From the NCBI GenBank assembly GCA_964022095.1, contig CAXHZO010000006.1, positions 1 through 64,000 of the forward strand: 64,000 nucleotides of DNA, read 5' to 3'. The notes beneath the pieces were generated by a model that worked only from the letters and a program-made list of their open reading frames with translations, had not been told where the DNA came from and made no database searches. Below are positions 31,001-39,286 of the stretch, one piece after another (positions within the stretch are counted from its first letter, which is position 1; each line of letters starts with the position of its first letter). This DNA is from an uncultured Arcobacteraceae bacterium. GTDB taxonomy: Bacteria > Campylobacterota > Campylobacteria > Campylobacterales > Arcobacteraceae. The position numbers and the translations under genes were made by a program.

Positions 31001-31152
31001 CTATTATGTATATTAATGGAGTTGGAAGTGAAGTAATGCAAAGAATCGCGGCACCAATGATTGGTGGAATGGTTACCTCTGCTTTTTTAACATTGATAAT
31101 AATACCAAGTATATTTTATATTTTAGAAATAAAAAATAACAATACACATTAA
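28057..31152 (+). CDS. cusA: CusA/CzcA-family heavy-metal RND efflux pump
   Basis: DALPDLS, GPDATGVGW, GAMVDATIVMVEN, DPAPLAMIET, RLRPKLMT; ATG 28057 preferred over TTG 28045. Confidence 0.92.
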   Translation: MVEKLISYSIKNKFLILFLTLVLTVGSFWAVKNTSLDALPDLSPPQVIVQVKWAGQSPKTIEEQVSYPLISNLMSLPDIETVRAMSSFQNALIYVIFKDGTDLYDSRNRILEQLSQLQGTFPDGATVAIGPDATGVGWAYEYALKSDTKSLDELRTLQDYYYKYALLGVDGVSEIASIGGFVKSYEITLEQDKMVQYDLSINEIKKAITSNNDDKGGRIILENGFEHMIQAKAYLKSVSEIENITIKTANNIPLKISDIAQVNITSSNRRGMADLNGQGETVGGIVVVRYGENPYKVIKAVKQRLDTLKVEGVEVIETYDRTSLIDKAIDTLKNTLVEESIIVMIITGLFLFHFRSALIIIITLPITVLITFLLMKLFGIGSNIMSLGGIAIAIGAMVDATIVMVENAHKYLQGKENISNSQRIEIIIKSAKQVGRPIFFALVLVVVSFLPIFALTGQEGRLFTPLAFTKSFAMATGAILSITLVPILMIFFIKGKILSEDRNLLNRFFIKLYSPFLKLALKLRYLVVLVFFGIIVFGYITYQKQNWEFMPMMNEQTFMYMPVTPYGIGIDLAKELTQKTDKVLKSFPEVQTVFGKAGRADSATDPAPLAMIETIVTFKPESQWREGMTYKKLMQEMDDALRVNGLINSWTYPIRGRIDMLLTGIRTPLGIKLYGNDHVKLEETAGKIEQKLKKFDKTLSVSTDKINSGYYLNIEVKEEMIARYGISKADVLSAISLGVGGAKISTFIDKLERYPITLRYDASNREDIVKLNEIQVKTKLGMQPLKEFAYLYYKEGPSVIKSEKALNVNFIYITPKNGVSSKEYKDQAVELLKDMKLPSGYYMEWAGQSQYLESAMQRLVYIIPLTFMIIFILIYFALKNLTYTMIIFFTLPFAIMGGVFYLEYLNFNISIAVIVGFLALLGVAAETSIVMLVYLHEAMVDLKKKCETYTKEHIAHAIYKGAVLRLRPKLMTLFAILGGLIPIMYINGVGSEVMQRIAAPMIGGMVTSAFLTLIIIPSIFYILEIKNNNTH

Positions 31153-31201
31153 CTAAACAAAAATAATATAAACTTACATTATCACAAAAAAGGAGTGACT
31201 T

Positions 31202-31780
31202 ATGAAATTGATAAGTAAATCAGTTCTAGCCTTAGCTATGACATTAGGTTTAGCAAATGCAAGTGAATTTACACTTGATGATTCTCATACTGAAGTTGGG
31301 TTTTCAGTAAAGCATTTAATGATTACTAATGTAAAAGGTGAGTTTAAATCTTACGGCGCTGATATTGATTTTGATGCCAAAACAAAAGTATTTAATAAAT
31401 TTAACGCAACAGTTGATACTGCTTCAATTGATACAGGTATTGAAAAAAGAGATAATCATTTAAGAAGTGATGATTTTTTCCTTTCTGAAAAATATCCTAA
31501 AATGACTTTTGAAATGACTTCATACACTGCTGATGGTGATGAAGGTAAAATGAAAGGTAATTTAACTATAAGAGGGATTACTAAGCCAGTTACTTTAGAG
31601 GTTGAAGATATTGGAACGGTTAAAGATTTTCAAGGTAATACAAGAGTTGGTTTTACATTAGAAGGTAAAATTAATAGAATGGATTATGGTTTAAAATGGA
31701 ATAAAGCTTTAGAGCTTGGTGGTGTAGCAGTTAGTGAAACTGTAAAATTAGCTATTGATGTTCAAGCAATAGAAAAATAA
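31202..31780 (+). CDS. YceI-family periplasmic protein
   Basis: Signal peptide, HTEVGFSVKH, RDNHLRS..FF, GNLTIRGITKPV. Confidence 0.93.
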   Translation: MKLISKSVLALAMTLGLANASEFTLDDSHTEVGFSVKHLMITNVKGEFKSYGADIDFDAKTKVFNKFNATVDTASIDTGIEKRDNHLRSDDFFLSEKYPKMTFEMTSYTADGDEGKMKGNLTIRGITKPVTLEVEDIGTVKDFQGNTRVGFTLEGKINRMDYGLKWNKALELGGVAVSETVKLAIDVQAIEK

Positions 31781-31813
31781 ATAAAAAACTAAATTTAATT
31801 AAAGGAAAAAATT

Positions 31814-32143
31814 ATGAGTAAGAAAATGAAATTAGCTGGAATGGTATTAGGAGCAGCATTAAGTACAACTGCAGCATTTGCAGGAAATGGTTCTTGTGGT
31901 GCAGGTAAATGTGGTGGTGAAGCTAAGAAAATGGAGAAAAAAGGTTCTTGCGGTGCTGGTAAGTGCGGTGGAGACATGAAGAAAAAAGACATGAAAGGTT
32001 CTTGCGGTGCTGGTAAGTGCGGTGGAGACATGAAGAAAAAAGACATGAAAGGTTCTTGTGGAGCTGGTAAGTGTGGTGGTGAAATGAAGAAAAAAGCTGA
32101 GAAAAAAGCTTCTGGTGCTTGTGGCGCTGGTAAATGTGGGTGA
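31814..32143 (+). CDS. RiPP precursor (HvfA/bufferin-type) with Sec signal and five CGAGKCG repeats
   Basis: Signal ending AAFA; 5 x G[SA]CGAGKCG (10 Cys); directly upstream of DUF692. Confidence 0.88.
   Translation: MSKKMKLAGMVLGAALSTTAAFAGNGSCGAGKCGGEAKKMEKKGSCGAGKCGGDMKKKDMKGSCGAGKCGGDMKKKDMKGSCGAGKCGGEMKKKAEKKASGACGAGKCG
31940..32047 (+). repeat. Two exact 54-bp tandem repeats inside the precursor
   Basis: aaaggttcttgcggtgctggtaagtgcggtggagacatgaagaaaaaagacatg x2. Confidence 0.9.
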
Positions 32144-32161
32144 AATGGAGAAGATGAATAA

Positions 32162-32983
32162 ATGATAAATTTAAAAGGTTGTGGATTAGGTCTTAGAAGC
32201 GATTTTCTGCTTGATTTAAAGCAAAATGATTTTAAACCAGACTTTTGGGAAGTAACTCCTGAAAACTGGATGCATATGCCAAAAGTTTTTGAAAAAGCTT
32301 TTGAAGAAGCAGTTTTCCAAAGACCTACTGTAGCCCATGGTTTATCTTTATCAATTGGTTCTGTTGACAAACTTAATAAAAAGTTTGTCAAACAGATCAA
32401 AATTTTTTTAGATAGATACAATATCGAATACTATTCTGAACACCTAAGTTTTTCATCATTAGACAATAAACAGTCTTATGAGCTTTTACCAGTTCCAATG
32501 ACTAAAAAAATGATAGAAGTAATTGCTGATAGAGTAAAAGAGGTTGAGGATATTATTCAAAGAAACTTGATACTTGAAAATGCAACTTATTATTTAATTC
32601 CATATAGTGAAATGGCAGAAGTTGATTTTATAAATGAAGTTATGGAAAAATCAGGTGCTAAAATGCTTCTTGATGTAAACAATGTTTTTGTAAACTCAGT
32701 AAACCATGGATTTAAAGCAAGAAAATTTATAGATGAAATAGATAAAAGCAAAGTTGCATATATGCATATGGCAGGTCATTATTTTGATGAAGAATCAAAT
32801 ATGAAAATAGATTCCCATGGAATGCCAATTGATAAAGGTGTGTGGAAACTTTTAAAGTATACTTTAAATCAAGTAGATGCACCAGTTATGATTGAAAGGG
32901 ATAACAATATCCCTCCTTTAGATGAACTAATTTCAGAGTATAATGAAATGAAAAAGATATATAAAGAAGTTAAAAATGCCTAA
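32162..32983 (+). CDS. DUF692 multinuclear non-heme iron oxidase (MNIO; HvfB/BufB-like)
   Basis: GLGLR, PENW, HGLSLS, SEH, LEN, LLDVNN, HMAGH, DSHG, ERD. Confidence 0.93.
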   Translation: MINLKGCGLGLRSDFLLDLKQNDFKPDFWEVTPENWMHMPKVFEKAFEEAVFQRPTVAHGLSLSIGSVDKLNKKFVKQIKIFLDRYNIEYYSEHLSFSSLDNKQSYELLPVPMTKKMIEVIADRVKEVEDIIQRNLILENATYYLIPYSEMAEVDFINEVMEKSGAKMLLDVNNVFVNSVNHGFKARKFIDEIDKSKVAYMHMAGHYFDEESNMKIDSHGMPIDKGVWKLLKYTLNQVDAPVMIERDNNIPPLDELISEYNEMKKIYKEVKNA

Positions 32984-33668
32984 ATTAGAAAGAGATGTAG
33001 AAGATAGATTTTTTGATATTATAAGTGATCAAGAAAACAATCCAAGCTCAAATGCTTATGGTGTTTATCAAAAGCTTGTATATTATAGATTTGAAGAGAT
33101 AGTTAAAAATAGTTTTCCAGAGTTTATAAAACATATTTCCCAAAAACAATTAGAACAATCAATTTATACATTTTTGAAAAATCCTCCTTCAACTCCATTT
33201 GTGTGGCAAATTGCAAATGATTACAGAAAGATGGTAAAAAAGCAAAAGCTCTTTTCTAATAAAAAGTACTTGTACGAATTATTGTATTTTGATTGGATTG
33301 AGATTGAAGTACTAATGAAAGAGTATAAAGGCTTAAAAACTGGAAAGTTTTCATGGAATAATAGTTATAAACTATCTTCTAGTGCTAGAGTTAAAAAGTT
33401 TGACTTTGATATTATAAATGGTGATTATGAATCAAAAAGGCAAAACTACTTAGTAATCTATTATGATTTTAATGGTGATGAAGTTTTATTTAGAGAGATT
33501 AATGAATTTTTATACGTTTTATTAAAAAAGTTAAATAAAAAGCAAAGTATAAAAGAAGTATTAAAAACTTTATGTAAAGAAAATGATATAGATTTTAAAG
33601 AAGCAAAAAATATATTACACGATGCCCTTGGAGAACTTTTATTAAATAAAGCAATAGTTAAATCATAA
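32976..33668 (+). CDS. DUF2063-like MNIO partner protein (HvfC/BufC-like)
   Basis: VYQKLVY..FP, ELLYFDW pattern; overlaps the DUF692 stop. Confidence 0.8.
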   Translation: MPKLERDVEDRFFDIISDQENNPSSNAYGVYQKLVYYRFEEIVKNSFPEFIKHISQKQLEQSIYTFLKNPPSTPFVWQIANDYRKMVKKQKLFSNKKYLYELLYFDWIEIEVLMKEYKGLKTGKFSWNNSYKLSSSARVKKFDFDIINGDYESKRQNYLVIYYDFNGDEVLFREINEFLYVLLKKLNKKQSIKEVLKTLCKENDIDFKEAKNILHDALGELLLNKAIVKS

Positions 33669-35024
33669 AACTTCGATAGTTTTATGACAAACTTTTTTTA
33701 ATAGCTTATTTGTATAAATATATGCAAAAACAGCAGCACTATAAATCATAACTAAAATCCCAAACCATAAATAAATAAACTCTAAATCAAGTATTTTTAC
33801 TATGATATAAGCAACTAAAAATTTAGCAATAATTTGTCTGTATAAAGCAATATAAACAATCATTTTTGGTTTTTTAATTCCTTGTAGAGTTGATACACAT
33901 ATAAATAAAACTACATATGCATAAAAAATCCAAATTTCAACAAGTAAGTAATCAACTCCAAAATCAACAACAGTTGTATTTGAGTCAAATAGGGATATTA
34001 AAAATCTTCCAATAAGTGTTAAAGTTATAATTCCAACAGTTGATAAAATAAATCCATACTTTAACGCTACTTTTAAAATCTCAATTACTCTGTCATATTG
34101 TTTTGCTCCATAATTATTAGATACAAGAGTAAGCACAGCAGTACTAAGACCTAAACAAGGAAGTAGCATTAGTTGTTCAACTCTAAAGGCAATTCCATAT
34201 CCAGCCATTGCTTCTATACCATAGTGAGCTACAAAATATGTAAGCACTAATGAGCCAATAGACATAATAAGCATATTTAAACTGGCAGGAAGGCCTTGGG
34301 CTAAGAATAGTTTGTAAACTCGTAAGTTTGGTAAAAAGTATTCTAATTTTTTAAAATGAATTACATCTGTTTGTAAAACTTTATAAAGCATATAAAACAT
34401 ATTTATTATTTGAATTAAAACTGTTGCTATTGCAATACCTTGAAGTCCCATTTGGGGTATAAATAAAAATCCATATATAAACATAGGATTTAAAATTAAG
34501 TTTGCAAAAAAACCAAATATTAGGGTGTTTCTATATGTTTTTGTATCTCCAAGTGCTACTAAAACAGAGTTTAGTGAGAAGTTAAACATAAAGAAAATTG
34601 TTCCATATAAAATCGGGTTTATATATGTAATTGCATCTTCTAAGTAGCCATCACTAGCACCTAGCAATTTAAATAATTCAGGGGAGAATATTAAACCTAA
34701 TATTGAAAGAAATATTCCAATTAAAGGTACAAAAATCAAACCTTTATGGGCATGTATTGATGCTAAGTGATTTTTCTTCTTACCAAAAGAGTTTCCTAAT
34801 ATTGCAGTAATAGCAGATGAAAATCCATATCCAAAACCAACAATTACAAAAAATACCATAAATGATAGTGTTAATGCAGATACTGCTTGAGTTGAGATAA
34901 GTCCTGCGTAAAATGTATCTACAACATTGTACATAGTATTAAAAAACATTCCTGTACTAGCAGGAATAGCAAGTTGTTTAATTAATGATGATACATCTTC
35001 TTCAATAAGTTTGTTTTTATTCAA
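33663..35024 (-). CDS. MATE family efflux transporter
   Basis: LAIP..., YNVVDT, ANLILNP, GIAIAT; about 12 TM. Confidence 0.92.
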   Translation of the reverse strand: MNKNKLIEEDVSSLIKQLAIPASTGMFFNTMYNVVDTFYAGLISTQAVSALTLSFMVFFVIVGFGYGFSSAITAILGNSFGKKKNHLASIHAHKGLIFVPLIGIFLSILGLIFSPELFKLLGASDGYLEDAITYINPILYGTIFFMFNFSLNSVLVALGDTKTYRNTLIFGFFANLILNPMFIYGFLFIPQMGLQGIAIATVLIQIINMFYMLYKVLQTDVIHFKKLEYFLPNLRVYKLFLAQGLPASLNMLIMSIGSLVLTYFVAHYGIEAMAGYGIAFRVEQLMLLPCLGLSTAVLTLVSNNYGAKQYDRVIEILKVALKYGFILSTVGIITLTLIGRFLISLFDSNTTVVDFGVDYLLVEIWIFYAYVVLFICVSTLQGIKKPKMIVYIALYRQIIAKFLVAYIIVKILDLEFIYLWFGILVMIYSAAVFAYIYTNKLLKKVCHKTIEVL

Positions 35025-35110
35025 TTGATTTCCATTTAAAATAGTTTAGAAGTGATTATAGTCAAAAGAGTATAAAAGAAGATAAAAGAGGTCTTAATTA
35101 GAATAGAAAA

Positions 35111-36373
35111 TTAATCTTCTATTCTAATCATTGCAGGTTTTTGTGTAACTACTTTTTCATCTTCAAAAGCTTTAATAGCTTCATTGATATCTTTTTCAAC
35201 TGAAGTATGAGTAGAAAGCAAAATATGAGCACAAGTAGTATTTAAAGGCTTTTGAATCATTTTTTCTATTGAAATATTTTTTTCACCTAAAATACTTGCA
35301 ACTCTTGCTAAAACACCAACTTTGTCTTCAACTCTAAGTCTTAAGTAGTATTTAGATTCAATTTTATCTTTATTCATTAGATCAAATTTTTCACCATAAG
35401 ATGTTTCAAATCCTAACATTGGTGAACCTTTACCACGTCTTGCAATATCTACAATATTTGCAATCACTGCACTAGCAGTTGCATCACCACCAGCACCTGG
35501 TCCATAGTACATAGTTTCACCAACTTTATCTCCAATTACAGAAACACCGTTCATAACACCATCAACTTTTGCAATCATTTCATCTTTTGGAATAAACACA
35601 GGATGAACTCTTAATTCGATCTCTTTTCCAACTTTTTTAGCAATAGTTAAAAGCTTGATAGAGTAGTTAAACTCATTTGCAAACTCAATATCTTCAGGTC
35701 CAATATTTTCAATACCTTCAATTAAGATATCTTCAGGTTTTGCATCAATTCCATATGCAATAGAACCTAAAATTAGTAATTTATGTGCTGCATCAAATCC
35801 ACCAACATCAAAAGTAGGATCAGCTTCAGCGTAACCTAATTCTTGTGATTCTTTTAAGATAGTATCATAATCAACACCTTCATTAATCATTTTTGTAAGC
35901 ATGTAATTACACGTACCATTCATGATACCTCTAATTGATTCAATATGATTTGCAGTTAATCCATCTCTTAGGGCATTAATAATTGGAATTCCCCCAGCTA
36001 CTGCTGCTTCGTATTCAAAAGCAGTATCTCCAGCAAGCTTTTGCAGTTCATATCTGTGATAGGCAAGTAATGCTTTATTTGCTGTTACTACTGCTTTACC
36101 TTTTTCTAAAGCTCTTTTTACAACTTCGTATGGTTTTTCAATTCCACCCATTAGTTCAACAACAATATCAATTGAGTCATCATTTAATACTTCATCAACA
36201 TTATCTGTTAATTTAATAGATACATCTCTTTTTTTATTTAAGTTTGAAACTACTCCAATCGTAGGTTCTATTTCAATTCCAGCCCTTGCAGTAATAATAT
36301 CTTTGTTATCTTTTAAAATGTTTGCAACACTAGCTCCAACAGTACCTACTCCAATAATTCCTACTTTTAACAT
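35111..36373 (-). CDS. hom: Homoserine dehydrogenase with ACT domain
   Basis: GVGTVG, VTANKA, EAAVAGGIP, GYAEADP, GAGGDATA. Confidence 0.95.
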   Translation of the reverse strand: MLKVGIIGVGTVGASVANILKDNKDIITARAGIEIEPTIGVVSNLNKKRDVSIKLTDNVDEVLNDDSIDIVVELMGGIEKPYEVVKRALEKGKAVVTANKALLAYHRYELQKLAGDTAFEYEAAVAGGIPIINALRDGLTANHIESIRGIMNGTCNYMLTKMINEGVDYDTILKESQELGYAEADPTFDVGGFDAAHKLLILGSIAYGIDAKPEDILIEGIENIGPEDIEFANEFNYSIKLLTIAKKVGKEIELRVHPVFIPKDEMIAKVDGVMNGVSVIGDKVGETMYYGPGAGGDATASAVIANIVDIARRGKGSPMLGFETSYGEKFDLMNKDKIESKYYLRLRVEDKVGVLARVASILGEKNISIEKMIQKPLNTTCAHILLSTHTSVEKDINEAIKAFEDEKVVTQKPAMIRIED

Positions 36374-36384
36374 CTGTTATATTC

Positions 36385-37599
36385 CTATTTCTCTAAAGTT
36401 TTTAAATATCTTTTTATATTTTTTGCAGCTTGTCTAATTCTTTTTTCATTTTCAATTAGAGCAATTCTTACATACTGATCACCATAATGACCAAATCCAA
36501 TTCCAGGACTTACTGCAACATCAGCCTCAGTAAGTAATTGCTTTGAAAACTCCATACTTCCTAAATGAGCTGCACACTCAGGAATTTTTGCCCAAATAAA
36601 CATTGAAGCATTTGGAGTATTCATTTTCCATCCAGCATCTTCAAATGCCTCAAGCATTACATCTCTTCTTTTTCTATATTTTTCAATATGTTCTTCAACA
36701 CACTCTTGTGGACCATCAAGTGCTACTGTAGCTGCAACTTGAATTGGTGTAAACATACCATAATCAAGCCAAGATTTAATTCTTTTTAAAGCACCTACTA
36801 GTTTTTCATTACCAGTAATAAATCCAACTCTCCATCCTGCCATATTATATGATTTTGATAGAGTAAATGATTCAACCGCAACATCTAAAGCACCTTCGGC
36901 TTGGAAAATTGATGGAGTTTTATATCCATCAAATGTAATATCAGCGTATGCAATATCAGAAATGATATAAAATCTCTCAGTTTTTGCCATATCAACTAAT
37001 TTTTGATAAAAATCAACAGTTACTGTTGCACATGTTGGGTTGTGTGGGAAGTTCACTACGATATATTTTACTCTTGGAATTGACTCATCAATAGTTTTTT
37101 GTAATCTTTGGAAGAAAACATCTTCATCAACTTTAAATTCATCATCAAAAGAAAGTTCAAACTTATGAACAGCAGCACCTGCTAGCATAAATGCATATGA
37201 GTGAATTGGATAAGTTGGATCTGGAACAACTGCTACATCCCCAACATTTACCATTGCTTCAACTAAGTGAACATATCCTTCTTTACTACCCATTGTAGCA
37301 ACTGCGTGTTTATCAGGGTCTAAATAATCAACACCATATTTTCTTTTGTACCAATTACAAATAGCAAGTCTTAATTTATAAATACCTGCACTTGCACTAT
37401 AACCATGGTTTTTTGGTTTTTGAGCAGCTTCAGTTAACTTATCTGTAATATGTTGTGGTGCAGCACCATCTGGGTTACCCATAGAAAAGTCAATTACATC
37501 TTTACCCGCTCTTCTTGCTTCCATTTTGATATTATTAACTTCTGCAAACACATAGTTTGGAAGCCTCTTCATTCTTTCAAAGTCTATTTCTGGAAACAC
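36385..37599 (-). CDS. Class I/II PLP aminotransferase (LL-DAP aminotransferase/AlaC-like)
   Basis: MGNPD, GSKEG, NFPHNPT, DIAY, SKSYNMAGWRVG. Confidence 0.85.
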   Translation of the reverse strand: MFPEIDFERMKRLPNYVFAEVNNIKMEARRAGKDVIDFSMGNPDGAAPQHITDKLTEAAQKPKNHGYSASAGIYKLRLAICNWYKRKYGVDYLDPDKHAVATMGSKEGYVHLVEAMVNVGDVAVVPDPTYPIHSYAFMLAGAAVHKFELSFDDEFKVDEDVFFQRLQKTIDESIPRVKYIVVNFPHNPTCATVTVDFYQKLVDMAKTERFYIISDIAYADITFDGYKTPSIFQAEGALDVAVESFTLSKSYNMAGWRVGFITGNEKLVGALKRIKSWLDYGMFTPIQVAATVALDGPQECVEEHIEKYRKRRDVMLEAFEDAGWKMNTPNASMFIWAKIPECAAHLGSMEFSKQLLTEADVAVSPGIGFGHYGDQYVRIALIENEKRIRQAAKNIKRYLKTLEK

Positions 37600-37602
37600 T
37601 AT

Positions 37603-38415
37603 TTACTCCTTAGTAATATTAATCCCTCGCTTTAAATTAGCAAGAGTATATAAATCATCAATTTTGATATATTTTGTATCATTAGGCACATCAACTCTCA
37701 AGCTCTTGTGCAAACTATCATCTTTGTATGTATCAATAATATTTAAATCATCATCATAGAAAATAATTTTTGGATGCCATCTGTTTCCATTGTTTGAATT
37801 AATATTTAATGCATTTGCATTAGATACTTTTACCATATATGGTTTAGAAGACTTCTTTACACTTTGTGACGAATTAACTGTTAAATCAATACTTTTGTCA
37901 ATGTTAGAGTTTCTAAAATCAATATAATAACTCCAACTATATGAACTCCCTCTTTGGATATCTATAATTCTACAATTGTTTTTTTGTAGTTCTTGAGATA
38001 ATCTAAGAGGGTTTATGGCGGATTTAGTTTTCAGCTTTATAGTCCATTTTAAACTATCATTAGATCTTTGTGCACTTTTTGTGAAAAAGTAATAATGACC
38101 AACTGCTTTTAAACTATTTTTTAATATCTCTAAAGATTTTTTTGGATTATCATTTAAAGTAAATGTAACATCGATATATCTAGTCGTTCCGTATCCTAGT
38201 CTTAGTAGTCCATTATTTTGAAGTGCAGAAGTTACTTTTACGTAATTTAATTTTCCATTAGTATAGTATGCAGATTTATTTTTAAAAATATAGTTTATTA
38301 AATTCTTGTGTTTATTATAGGCATTATAGCCTATAATATTTCTAACTTTTGTATTTAAACTTGCATTTAAAACAACACTTAATGATAAGATTAAAAATAA
38401 TACTTTACTTCCCAT
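37603..38415 (-). CDS. Exported hypothetical protein
   Basis: Signal peptide ending LNA; long ORF in operon with rlmB and hom. Confidence 0.7.
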   Translation of the reverse strand: MGSKVLFLILSLSVVLNASLNTKVRNIIGYNAYNKHKNLINYIFKNKSAYYTNGKLNYVKVTSALQNNGLLRLGYGTTRYIDVTFTLNDNPKKSLEILKNSLKAVGHYYFFTKSAQRSNDSLKWTIKLKTKSAINPLRLSQELQKNNCRIIDIQRGSSYSWSYYIDFRNSNIDKSIDLTVNSSQSVKKSSKPYMVKVSNANALNINSNNGNRWHPKIIFYDDDLNIIDTYKDDSLHKSLRVDVPNDTKYIKIDDLYTLANLKRGINITKE

Positions 38416-38433
38416 AATTAAATACTCACTATT

Positions 38434-39123
38434 TTATTTTTTTAGATTATAAATTAAAATACCCGCTGCTACTGAAACGTTTAAAGAGTTAAAATCGTGT
38501 TCCATTCCTATTGAAACTTTAAGATCAAGTTTCTTTTGAACTTTTGGAGATATTCCTTCTCCTTCACTTCCTAAAAATAAAGCAACTTTATCTTCTTTTT
38601 CTATCTTTCCATATTTCTTTAAATCAGTACCATCCATTGTTGCACCAATTAAAGCAAATCCGAATTGACTTAATTCATTAGCTAAATCAGCAGATTTAGG
38701 GTATATGGTAAATGGCATGTCAAGCATTGCCCCAGCACTAGTTCTTACTATCCCTTGGTTATTTAAAGTCTTAACATTTGAAGCAATAATACCTTCAACT
38801 CCTAAAGAGTAAGCAGTTCTTATAATTGCTCCAATATTTCCAACATCAGTTAATCCATCTAATACAAGAATAAAATTCATATCTTTTATATCTTTAACTG
38901 GAGTGTAGTTAAACTCTGTTAGTTTTAAAAAGAATCCTTGATGATTCCCGCCTTTTGAAAGTCCCTGAGCTTTTTTATTATCAAGCTTTATAATCTTTTT
39001 ACCAAGTTTTAGGAACTTTGAGAAAAGTTTAGGTTCGATTTCTTTTGAGAACATTACTTCATCTATTAAATGAGGATGTTTATCTAGTACGTAAAGTACA
39101 ATTTGTTTACCATATATTATCAT
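38434..39123 (-). CDS. rlmB: 23S rRNA (G2251) methyltransferase
   Basis: HQG, LDGLTDVGNIGAIIRT, GSEGEG, SLNVSVAAG (SPOUT). Confidence 0.92.
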   Translation of the reverse strand: MIIYGKQIVLYVLDKHPHLIDEVMFSKEIEPKLFSKFLKLGKKIIKLDNKKAQGLSKGGNHQGFFLKLTEFNYTPVKDIKDMNFILVLDGLTDVGNIGAIIRTAYSLGVEGIIASNVKTLNNQGIVRTSAGAMLDMPFTIYPKSADLANELSQFGFALIGATMDGTDLKKYGKIEKEDKVALFLGSEGEGISPKVQKKLDLKVSIGMEHDFNSLNVSVAAGILIYNLKK

Positions 39124-39286
39124 GGCAAGAGTATATCTAAAAGTTGTTAATATTCATCTTTTACAATTTATATAAATTATTTTTTAGAATTTACACTAAA
39201 AATATATACTGATGCTACACTTTTAATGTATACTAACAAAATTATTAATTTTATTAAATGCCTAAAAAAAATAAAAGGTTCACATT

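Noticed and set aside
31886-32143. Regularly spaced repeats resembling a CRISPR array
   Set aside because: Repeats are in-frame coding units with identical or similar linkers, and no cas genes are present
31795-32421. 208-aa antisense ORF with PPHLPAPQEP repeats
   Set aside because: It is the reverse-strand shadow of the repetitive precursor and DUF692 genes; no independent support
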